Source of the DNA: an uncultured bacterium | GTDB taxonomy: Bacteria > Verrucomicrobiota > Lentisphaeria > Victivallales > UBA1829 | Direction: 5' to 3' | DNA length: 64,000 nt | Assembly: GCA_902802585.1 (NCBI GenBank) | Contig: CADCMR010000006.1 | Coordinates: 11,468-75,467 of the forward strand | Shown: in pieces, positions 9,680 to 17,948 of the stretch | How positions within the stretch are numbered: position 1 is the stretch's first letter | Layout: the number at the start of each line of letters is the position of its first letter | The notes under the pieces: model-generated | What the model saw: only the letters and a program-made list of their open reading frames with translations | Told to the model about the DNA's origin: nothing | Databases searched by the model: none | Made by a program: the position numbers and the translations under genes

Positions 9680-10288
9680 ATGCCCAGAAAGGCAGTTACC
9701 CCGCGTCCGGCGGCGACCGAACGCGACCGGCGGATGGAACAGCTCGTGTCGAGCTTCTTCCAGATCATCGGCGAGGACGGTTCCCGCGAGGGGCTCGTCG
9801 AAACGCCTGCCCGTGTCCGGCTGGCCGCGGACGAGATCTTCTCCGGCTACCGCCAGGACCCGAAGAAAATCCTGAAGACCTTCACCCAGGACGTGTGCAA
9901 GGAGATGGTCATCCTCAAGAACTGCGAGTTCTATTCCACGTGCGAACACCACCTGTTCCCGTTCTTCGGCCATATCTCCGTCGCGTACCTGCCGAACGGA
10001 CGCATCGTCGGCATCTCGAAGCTCGCCCGCCTCGTGGACTGTTTCGCGCGCCGGTTGCAGATCCAGGAACGCATGACCGCCCAGATCGCCGATGCCATCG
10101 AGGACGTGCTTGGCGCGCGCGGCGTGTACGTGATGTGCGAAGCCACCCACTTCTGCATGACCAGCCGCGGCATCCGCAAGCAGGACGCCAGCATGGTGAC
10201 ATCCGCCATCCGCGGCGCCTTCGAGAAGAGTGAATCGCTCCGCCTGGAGTTTCTCGCCGCCGTGACCGGAAGCATCTCCGTCAAATAA
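9680..10288 (+). CDS. folE: GTP cyclohydrolase I
   Basis: [33 protein letters not shown] and HFCMTSRG motifs. Confidence 0.96.
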   Translation: MPRKAVTPRPAATERDRRMEQLVSSFFQIIGEDGSREGLVETPARVRLAADEIFSGYRQDPKKILKTFTQDVCKEMVILKNCEFYSTCEHHLFPFFGHISVAYLPNGRIVGISKLARLVDCFARRLQIQERMTAQIADAIEDVLGARGVYVMCEATHFCMTSRGIRKQDASMVTSAIRGAFEKSESLRLEFLAAVTGSISVK

Positions 10289-10416
10289 CTTTTTCTGAAC
10301 AGAAAAAGGGAGCCGCGCGCCGCGATAATGCGATGTGACGCGGGAACGCCGGACGCCGGCAAAAAGCGGAAAGAACACTTTTCCGTTTTTTCAGCGAAAG
10401 AAAGCCGGAAAACGAC

Positions 10417-10445
10417 TTGATTTTGCTCCGGGAAGACTGTATATT
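10417..10445 (+). promoter_or_regulatory. Sigma70-like promoter of thyX
   Basis: TTGATT-N17-TATATT. Confidence 0.5.
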
Positions 10446-10501
10446 GATGCGGAACTTTTTAAAATCGTTTTTTATCTCTTCAAGCGGAAGGATCGACTGA
10501 A

Positions 10502-11203
10502 ATGGCTCTGACACATGTGAACGTGCCACCGGAAAACCATGTGAAGGTACTCGACGGACAAGGCTGGGTGGGACTCATCGACACGCTCGGCACCGAAACC
10601 ACGATCGTGAACGCCGCGCGTGTTTCGTTCGGCAAGATCCGGCAGGAAATGGACGAGCGCGACGTGGCGCTGCTGCACTACCTGATCGAAAACCGCCACA
10701 CCAGCCCGCTGGAGCACATCGTCTTCACGTTCAGCGTGCACTGCCCGCTCTTCGTGCGCGGCCAGTGGCACCGCCACCGCACCTGGTCGTACAACGAGAT
10801 TTCGCGCCGCTACACGGAGATCGATATGGAATTCTACGTGCCGCCGAAACTCCGCAAGCAGGCGGAGAACAACCGCCAGGCGTCCGTCGCCTGCGAGGAC
10901 TTCGACGACGCCGCGCTCCGCGACCTCATCCGCGCCCAGAACGAACAGTCGCTGAAAGCCTACGAATCCCTGCTCGCCGCCGGCGTCTGCCGCGAACAGG
11001 CGCGCGGAGTGCTCTCCCAGAACATGATGGTCACGTTCTGGGGCACGGTCGACCTGAGCAACCTGATCCATTTCCTGGAGCTGCGCGACAGCGAACACGC
11101 CCAGTGGGAAATCCGCGAATACGCAAAAGCTATCAAGAAGCTGATCAAGCCCGTGGTCCCGCACGTCGCCGAATACTACGAATCCAAGGGCGAAGTCTGG
11201 TGA
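10502..11203 (+). CDS. thyX: FAD-dependent thymidylate synthase
   Basis: ThyX signature RHRTWSYNEISRRY, plus HTSPLEH, REQAR and HAQWEIR. Confidence 0.97.
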   Translation: MALTHVNVPPENHVKVLDGQGWVGLIDTLGTETTIVNAARVSFGKIRQEMDERDVALLHYLIENRHTSPLEHIVFTFSVHCPLFVRGQWHRHRTWSYNEISRRYTEIDMEFYVPPKLRKQAENNRQASVACEDFDDAALRDLIRAQNEQSLKAYESLLAAGVCREQARGVLSQNMMVTFWGTVDLSNLIHFLELRDSEHAQWEIREYAKAIKKLIKPVVPHVAEYYESKGEVW

Positions 11204-11228
11204 CGCCCATTTTCCACGGGGCGGCTGA

Positions 11229-13118
11229 ATGACCGAATATCTGGCGCAGCTCTGCGGCGGAATCCTCCCCGCCATGCTCGTGGCGCTCGCCTTCACGGCG
11301 GGATTCGCGGGGACCGGCTACGGGTTCCTGCGCGTCTGCGGCCTCGGACGCGGCATGATGCACAGACTGACTCTTTGGCTGGTCTCGGTCGCCGCCGGAT
11401 TCGCCGTCTGCGCGTTCTTCTGCGCCGCCGTCCTGATGAGCCTCGGCACGGGCACGCTCCCGTGCGTCCTCTGCCTGTTTCCCGTCCTCGCCGGAGTCGG
11501 CTGCCTGGTCCGCTTCCGCAAAGAGATTATTCCGCCTTTTTCCGTCCGGAACCGGATGCCGTTCGCGGTCCTGATCGTCCTGGTCCCCCTGCTCTTCCTG
11601 TCGATCGGGGCATTCCAGTATCCCGCGAGCTGGGATGAATGCGTGTACCAGCTCGCCGTGCCGGAACGCTGGCTCGCCGACGGACGCGTCCTGCTGTACC
11701 GCGACCTGCCGTATTCCGGATTCCCGATGCTTCCGCAGTTCCTGTACGTACCGATGATGAAGTTCGGCGGGCTTGCGGCGGTCAAGTTCCTGCTGTACGG
11801 CGGCGCGGCGAGCTTTTTCGCCTCGCTGACGCTTCTGGCGTGTGGCGGTATCCGGCGTAACCTGTTCGCGGCAAGTGTCTTCGCTGGGTCGTTCCTGATT
11901 GCGCCGCTGATGGTCCATGTGCTGATCTCCGGCTATGTCGAGCCTCTGATGGGGTCGCTCCTTGCCGCCGGGCTTCTGCTCGCGGACGCCGCGTTGAAAG
12001 CCCCCGGCAAACGCTCCGAATCGCCCGGATTCGCCGCCGCGTGCGGGATTCTGGCGGGAGCAATGGCGGCGATCAAGCTGACCGGAGGATTCGCCGGAGC
12101 CGCGCTGCTGCTGTACATCCTGCTGCGGAAACGCTCCGGGCACATCCGGTTCGCGCTCGTTTTCGCGCTTGCGAGCGCGCTCTTTGCCCTGCTCTTCTAC
12201 CAACGCCCGTGGATTGCGACGGGCAATCCGTGCTATCCGTACCTCGCGAATATCTTCGGTTCGCCGGAGGCGATGACCTCGGAATTCCATCATCAGCTCG
12301 GCACGGCAAAGTTCGCCGGTGTCTCCGTCGTGACCGTCATCCTGCTCCTGCCGGGGTTGACGTTTCCCGCGCTTTCCCGGATGTTCGACGGCGTGTACGG
12401 TCTCCAGGTGCTGCTGTGGGCGTTCCTCGCCCTGACCGCGCTCTGGCGCCGCCCGAAACGCGTATGTGCCGCGCTCCTGCCGCTGCTGTTCCTCGTCGGC
12501 TCATGGATGCTGAGCTCCCCGCAGGCTCGCTTCCTGATCCCCGCGCTGGCGTTACTCGCGCTGGTCATGCGCGACACATTCCCGATCGTTCGCGGACGCG
12601 CCGGACGCATCGTCCTGTGGACCGCCGTCGCGTTTTCCGTGTTCTCCTTCCCGCCGTCCGTCGTTTCCTCCTACGGCGCGAATCTGCGCGCGACGGCTTC
12701 GGGCGGGGACGGACGGCGCGACGTCCTGTACGGACGCACCGGAGACAGCATGCTGCCCGCCGTGTACCTATTGAACGAACAGCTCGCGGAAGACGGCGGG
12801 AAATGCCTGCTGGTCCTGGAGGAGCGCACGCTGTATTTTCCGCGCGTTTGCGAGATCGGCACGCCGTTTTTTCAGGACAAGTATTTCCCCGGCGGCACGA
12901 TCCCGGACGCCGACGGCATGTTGAAACTTCTCGACGATGGCGGATTCACGTGTCTGTATGTCCGGCAGCCCGAGCGTAACCCGGATTATCTGCCGCAATT
13001 CGCGGCGCTTTGGGCGGACGACATGCGGGCGTCGCTGGATACGCTGGTAAAACGCGGCGCCCTTAAACGCGAGGAGATGCCAGGCGGCGCGGAATTGTTC
13101 ACGCGGATCCGCCGCTGA
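11229..13118 (+). CDS. Polytopic membrane protein, probable GT-C fold glycosyltransferase
   Basis: Many TM helices; first-loop WDECVYQLAVPERW, KLTG, TGNPCYP and QARFLIP motifs; soluble C-terminal domain. Confidence 0.65.
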   Translation: MTEYLAQLCGGILPAMLVALAFTAGFAGTGYGFLRVCGLGRGMMHRLTLWLVSVAAGFAVCAFFCAAVLMSLGTGTLPCVLCLFPVLAGVGCLVRFRKEIIPPFSVRNRMPFAVLIVLVPLLFLSIGAFQYPASWDECVYQLAVPERWLADGRVLLYRDLPYSGFPMLPQFLYVPMMKFGGLAAVKFLLYGGAASFFASLTLLACGGIRRNLFAASVFAGSFLIAPLMVHVLISGYVEPLMGSLLAAGLLLADAALKAPGKRSESPGFAAACGILAGAMAAIKLTGGFAGAALLLYILLRKRSGHIRFALVFALASALFALLFYQRPWIATGNPCYPYLANIFGSPEAMTSEFHHQLGTAKFAGVSVVTVILLLPGLTFPALSRMFDGVYGLQVLLWAFLALTALWRRPKRVCAALLPLLFLVGSWMLSSPQARFLIPALALLALVMRDTFPIVRGRAGRIVLWTAVAFSVFSFPPSVVSSYGANLRATASGGDGRRDVLYGRTGDSMLPAVYLLNEQLAEDGGKCLLVLEERTLYFPRVCEIGTPFFQDKYFPGGTIPDADGMLKLLDDGGFTCLYVRQPERNPDYLPQFAALWADDMRASLDTLVKRGALKREEMPGGAELFTRIRR

Positions 13119-13150
13119 TTCCCACTTCTTTCCCCTCCGGGAACCCGCCG

Positions 13151-14566
13151 TCAAGTCGGACGGGAGCTCTTCGCGCACTTGCAGGAACGCCCGAGTCCGA
13201 CGGGATGCTTTGCCCCGAGATGGGTGCGTTTCCCCTTCAGACGGGCGCGGATTTCGTAAACGTAATAAACCAGCAGCATCACGCCGGTGATTGTCCAGGT
13301 GATGCCGGACGCGAAGCACGCCCCGGTATAGCCGAACCATTTCGCCAGGAAAACCGCAGTGAAGATGCGGCTGAGCGTCTCCATGGCGCCGCCGAGCAGA
13401 GGCACGAGCGAACAGCCCATGCCCTGAAGCGTATTGCGGAAGATCAGGATCATGCCGAGCGAAATGTACGCGGGCGCGACCGTGTAGATGTACTGGCGTC
13501 CGGCGCGCAGGATCTCCGGCGACGCCTCCACATCCAGGAACATTTGGAGCAGATGCGCGCTGAACATCATCATCAGAATCGCCCCGACCGCCGAAATAAA
13601 TGCCGTGATCAGCCAGCCGCTTCGCACCCCGACCAGGATGCGCCGGTAATTGTTCGCGCCGCTGTTCTGCGCAGTGTACGCCGCCAGGGTCGTACCGATC
13701 GCGAAGAAGGGGATGCAGATCAGCCCCTCGAGGCGGCCGGCGGCCGTCGTCGCCGCCACCGTGCCGGGACCGAACTGGTTGAACGCGCTCTGCAGGATCA
13801 CGCAGCCGAGCCCGGTCACGGAGAACTGGAGCGACATCGGCACCGCCACGCGCAGATGCTCCCAGTAGAAACGCCAGTCGATGCGCCAGTCGGACCGTCC
13901 GGACGGCAGGAGCTCCGGGAATTTCTTCAGGATGATCCACAGGCAGATCAGGCCGGAGATGAACTGCGACACGATCGTCGCGTACGCCGCGCCCGCCACG
14001 CCCATATCGAACTTACAGACCAGAAGCAGGTCGAGCCCCACGTTCAGGAACGACGAGAACACGATCACGTACAGCGGGCGTTTGCTGTCGCCCAGCGAAC
14101 GCATCAGGAACGACATCAGCAGGTAGAACGTCATGGACGGGGTGCCCGCCACGATAATCCGAAGATACTTCAGCGAATCCTCTTTGATCTCAGGCGGCGT
14201 GTTCATCGCATCAAGGATCGGCTCCAGATACGCCAGAAACACCAGCGTCACCGCCGCCACCAGCGCGGAACACAGCACCACCGCCGCGCAGAACGAACGC
14301 CGCACGCCGGACGCGTCCTTCGCGCCGAACCTCTGCCCCGTGATGATCGTAAGCCCTGCGGGAAGCCCCCAGAAGAACCCGAGCAGCATGAAAATGACCG
14401 ACCCGGCGTTGCCGACCGCGGCCAGCTTCTCCGGTCCGCACCAGCGCCCCACGACCATCGAGTCCACCATGCTGTACAGCTGGTTGCAGGCGTTTCCGAT
14501 TGCCAGCGGAATCGAAAAGAGCAGAATGATTTTCAGGGGATTTCCCCTCGTAAGGTCTTTTGCCAT
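13151..14566 (-). CDS. MATE family efflux transporter
   Basis: DLTRGNPLK..FSIP...NQLYSMVDSMVVG, RSLGDSKRP and GVAGAAYAT..SQ motifs. Confidence 0.93.
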   Translation of the reverse strand: MAKDLTRGNPLKIILLFSIPLAIGNACNQLYSMVDSMVVGRWCGPEKLAAVGNAGSVIFMLLGFFWGLPAGLTIITGQRFGAKDASGVRRSFCAAVVLCSALVAAVTLVFLAYLEPILDAMNTPPEIKEDSLKYLRIIVAGTPSMTFYLLMSFLMRSLGDSKRPLYVIVFSSFLNVGLDLLLVCKFDMGVAGAAYATIVSQFISGLICLWIILKKFPELLPSGRSDWRIDWRFYWEHLRVAVPMSLQFSVTGLGCVILQSAFNQFGPGTVAATTAAGRLEGLICIPFFAIGTTLAAYTAQNSGANNYRRILVGVRSGWLITAFISAVGAILMMMFSAHLLQMFLDVEASPEILRAGRQYIYTVAPAYISLGMILIFRNTLQGMGCSLVPLLGGAMETLSRIFTAVFLAKWFGYTGACFASGITWTITGVMLLVYYVYEIRARLKGKRTHLGAKHPVGLGRSCKCAKSSRPT

Positions 14567-14897
14567 AAAAAAAGCCCCCCTCGTCTTGCTTCTATGAAAG
14601 GGCAAATAATAATATACACTCGTTTTCAGTGTTTTTCAAACAGAAACATCCGCTTGCCTCAAAAAGAATCCGGCATTGACTCGCGGTGCGGGAATCCGTC
14701 GCTGAAGACATAACCGGGAGGTTTCCACACGATGAGACGCTATTGATTCAAAAAATGTCCGGAAATCTTGAAAACCATTTCCTTTTCCGCTTGCATTTTA
14801 GGACAATGCGGAGTATTATACTATAAAGACTAAAATATCCATTTCCAACAATCCCCCAAAACATGGCGGTTTCACCCGCCGGATAAGGATCATCAGC

Positions 14898-17555
14898 ATG
14901 AACGTCCGCTCTTGTTCCCTCCTCGTCGCGGCAGCTCTGGTCGCGTTTCCCGTCGTCTATGCCCATGCTCAAGCCCCCGTCAACGGACAGCAGCCGGGAC
15001 AAGTTCAAACCCAACAGCAGTCCCGGCAGGGGCAGGGTCAGCGCCAGCGGCAGGGTCGCCAGGGACAGGTCCAACGTCAGCCGCAACAGCAGCTGCCGCC
15101 GCGTCCCGCTGGCAGGGAAAAGGAACTCCTCCTGAACGACAAGGGGTATTTTGAACGGCAGGGCGTTAATGTCCTGGTGTTCAGCAATGCGTTCACGGGC
15201 GGGTTCAACGACGAGAAGAATTCCGGCATCGAGATCATCCACCACGGCGTGCGGACCGTCCAGGGCGGCGCGGTCAGGCTTGGCAAGACGCCCGAGCAGT
15301 GGGACCTTGTTCCCGCGTCGCCGTCGCGCAGGGTGAATCCGGAGAACAACTCCATCGAGGTCACGATGCGCTACAACGACTACCGGTTCGATTCCCGCGT
15401 GGTCGTGACCGGGAAAGGCAGCGCCGTGGAAATCGCGGTCTATCTGGACCGTCCGATTCCTGAAGAACTGGTCGGACAGGCGGGATTCAACCTGGAGTTC
15501 CTGCCGTCCCAGTACTGGAACAAGACCTATGTCATGGACGGCAGGTTCAACCGTTTCCCGCGCTACGCCGCCAGCGATACCCAGGCTGTGCCCAACGAGA
15601 AAAAGCCCATGCAGTACCGGGGGTTCCGCACATACGACGACCGCGGTACCGGCAAGTTCGTTGACCCGCTCCCGCTTGAGAAGGGCAATTCCATCATCAT
15701 CGCGCCCGACGCGCCCGAACGCATGATCAAGATCACGTCGGAGGAAGCCACGCTGGAGCTGTACGACGGACGCATCCTCGCGCAGAACGGCTGGTATGTG
15801 CTGCGCAGTCCGCTGCCCGCCGGAAAGACCGGCAAGGTGATCAGCTGGACCGTGGAGCCGCACGCCGTGCCGGGATGGATCCGCGAGCCGAACATCGGGT
15901 TTTCCCAGGTGGGATACGTCCCGGACCAGCCGAAAGTGGCTGTGGTTGAGCTCGACAAAAACGACCGGGTGATCGCGAACGCGGCGATTTTCCGGATTGC
16001 CGAGGACGGCACGGAGAAGCTCGCATACCAGGGCAAGACCTCCGTCTGGGGCGAATACTACAAATACAAGTACGTGAAGTTCGACTTCAGCGAGGTGAAA
16101 AAGCCCGGAATCTACTACATCCGGTACGGCGAGCACAAGACAGGCAACTTCATCATCGACGATTCGGTCTACAACTGGATCACCAACGCCACCAGCGACG
16201 TCTGGATCCCCATCCACATGAACCACATGACGGTGAACGAGGCGTACCGCATCTGGCACGGCGAACCGTTCAAGGAAGGCTATCTCCAGGCTCCGCCGAG
16301 CAACCACTTCGACAACCATTTCCAGGGGCAGCTTACCGGCATCAAGCCCGACGGGACCCACTACGAGCCATACGAGCTCATCCCCGGGCTGAACGTGGGC
16401 GGCTACTTCGACGCGGGCGACTTCGACATTGAGACCGGCGCAAACATCAACGTGGTCTCGACCCTGATCTCCGCCTGGGAACTCTTCAAGAACAGGCGCG
16501 ACGAAACGTTCGTGAGCGAGGAGCAGCGCTATGTCGACCTGCATCGTCCGGACGGCAAGCCCGACCTGCTGCAGTACATCGAGCACGGCGTGCTGAACCT
16601 GGTCGCGCAGGCGGAAAACATCGGGTTCATGTCCTCGACGCTCTCCAACTCGGTCCTCGACAACTACCACCACCTGGGCGACGCCGCCGCCATCACCGAC
16701 GGTCTGCACTATGATCCCTCCCTGAAACGGTACGAGGTTTCCGAGGACGGCAAGCGCAGTGGCACCCCGGACGACATGTGGGCGTTCACCAACCGCAACC
16801 CGGGTCCCGACCCCAATACCGCCGCCATGTTCGCCGCCGCCGCACGCGTACTGAAAGGTCACAATGACGAGCTGGCGGAACGCTGCATGAAACAGTCGCA
16901 GAAACTCATGGGCACGAACCCGCGCGGCAACATGAACCTCATCCTCCAGCTGTACCGCACGACCGGCGAAAAAGAATACCGGGACATGTTCGAACAGCAG
17001 ATATGGCAGTCCCTGGGACGCAGCGCGAACGGCGGCATCCGGACTGCGCTTGACGCGATCCCGTTCATGGACGCCGAGTACAGGAAAAAACTCGAGCCCT
17101 ACGTGAAGCAGTTCAAGGAGTACATGGACAACTTCGACAGGCTCAACCCGTACGGCGTGCCGATCGGCGAGGGCAACTGGGCGGGCAGCGGATCCGTGGT
17201 CAGCTTCGGCGCCACTGCGTGCCTCGCCAACATCTATTTCCCGGAGATCATCGACAAGAGCTACGCCTACAAAGCCGCCGCGTTCATGTTCGGCTGCCAT
17301 CCGTACCACAACTACTCCCTCGTCGCCGCGGTCGGGGCAGCGCGCCCCAAGGAGGTCTTCTACGGCAACAACCGCGCCGACTTCTCGTTCATCCCCGGCA
17401 ACGTGGCGCCCGGCGTGCTGTTCCGCAGACCCGACCACTTCGAGAACTTCGACGACTGGCCGTTCCTGTGGGGTCAGAACGAGGGCACGATCGCCGGCAA
17501 CTGCGGTTATCTGATCTTTGGCGAGGCGCTCAAGACCATGGCGAAGAAAAAATAA
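14898..17555 (+). CDS. Secreted glycoside hydrolase family 9 with Ig-like domain
   Basis: Signal peptide, Gln-rich linker, SQVGY.P...K.A (GH9 Ig-like domain), GGYFDAGD catalytic motif, FGCHP and the C-terminal NE acid motif. Confidence 0.85.
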   Translation: MNVRSCSLLVAAALVAFPVVYAHAQAPVNGQQPGQVQTQQQSRQGQGQRQRQGRQGQVQRQPQQQLPPRPAGREKELLLNDKGYFERQGVNVLVFSNAFTGGFNDEKNSGIEIIHHGVRTVQGGAVRLGKTPEQWDLVPASPSRRVNPENNSIEVTMRYNDYRFDSRVVVTGKGSAVEIAVYLDRPIPEELVGQAGFNLEFLPSQYWNKTYVMDGRFNRFPRYAASDTQAVPNEKKPMQYRGFRTYDDRGTGKFVDPLPLEKGNSIIIAPDAPERMIKITSEEATLELYDGRILAQNGWYVLRSPLPAGKTGKVISWTVEPHAVPGWIREPNIGFSQVGYVPDQPKVAVVELDKNDRVIANAAIFRIAEDGTEKLAYQGKTSVWGEYYKYKYVKFDFSEVKKPGIYYIRYGEHKTGNFIIDDSVYNWITNATSDVWIPIHMNHMTVNEAYRIWHGEPFKEGYLQAPPSNHFDNHFQGQLTGIKPDGTHYEPYELIPGLNVGGYFDAGDFDIETGANINVVSTLISAWELFKNRRDETFVSEEQRYVDLHRPDGKPDLLQYIEHGVLNLVAQAENIGFMSSTLSNSVLDNYHHLGDAAAITDGLHYDPSLKRYEVSEDGKRSGTPDDMWAFTNRNPGPDPNTAAMFAAAARVLKGHNDELAERCMKQSQKLMGTNPRGNMNLILQLYRTTGEKEYRDMFEQQIWQSLGRSANGGIRTALDAIPFMDAEYRKKLEPYVKQFKEYMDNFDRLNPYGVPIGEGNWAGSGSVVSFGATACLANIYFPEIIDKSYAYKAAAFMFGCHPYHNYSLVAAVGAARPKEVFYGNNRADFSFIPGNVAPGVLFRRPDHFENFDDWPFLWGQNEGTIAGNCGYLIFGEALKTMAKKK

Positions 17556-17832
17556 GCCTGTGCTTCCGGTCAGGCGCACCGCGCCGTACAGCGACGCAAC
17601 ATCCCGCCTGACCGCCCCTGTTCAGGGCATGCACCGGGGGGACCGGTTCCGGGCAGCGCTCATCGGATGCCCGGCACCGTTTCCCGGTTACCCTTCCCTC
17701 ATCGTGACACAAAACATGTTCCGGAACAGACAGGACCCTCTGCTTTAGATTGCCTGGATTTGCCCGTTGCGGCGGAATTACAATCGCGTAGCGTCAATCG
17801 TGATAAAAGGGATGTTCTTTTATATTTTGCGC

Positions 17833-17861
17833 TTGACATTCGCGGGGACTGTCGCTATATT
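17833..17861 (+). promoter_or_regulatory. Sigma70 promoter of the topA operon
   Basis: TTGACA-N17-TATATT. Confidence 0.65.
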
Positions 17862-17948
17862 AATAGAATAAGCAAAAGCAACCCTGCCGGACTTGAGCGG
17901 AACATGGAAAAACCGCGCGGATTTCCGGCATTTCCCGGAGTATACAGC

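Noticed and set aside
8428-10288. QatABCD or Dpd anti-phage/DNA-modification island; preQ1 riboswitch
   Set aside because: QueC is short and canonical; no qatA/B/D, dpdA or helicase genes nearby; no leader space before queC (15 bp after aas).
17667-17948. N-terminal extensions of topA (from 17667), the GT39 gene (from 21058) and dprA (from 36312) in the ORF track
   Set aside because: They overlap promoters or other genes; homology and RBS or stop-start coupling point to starts at 17949, 21904 and 35931.
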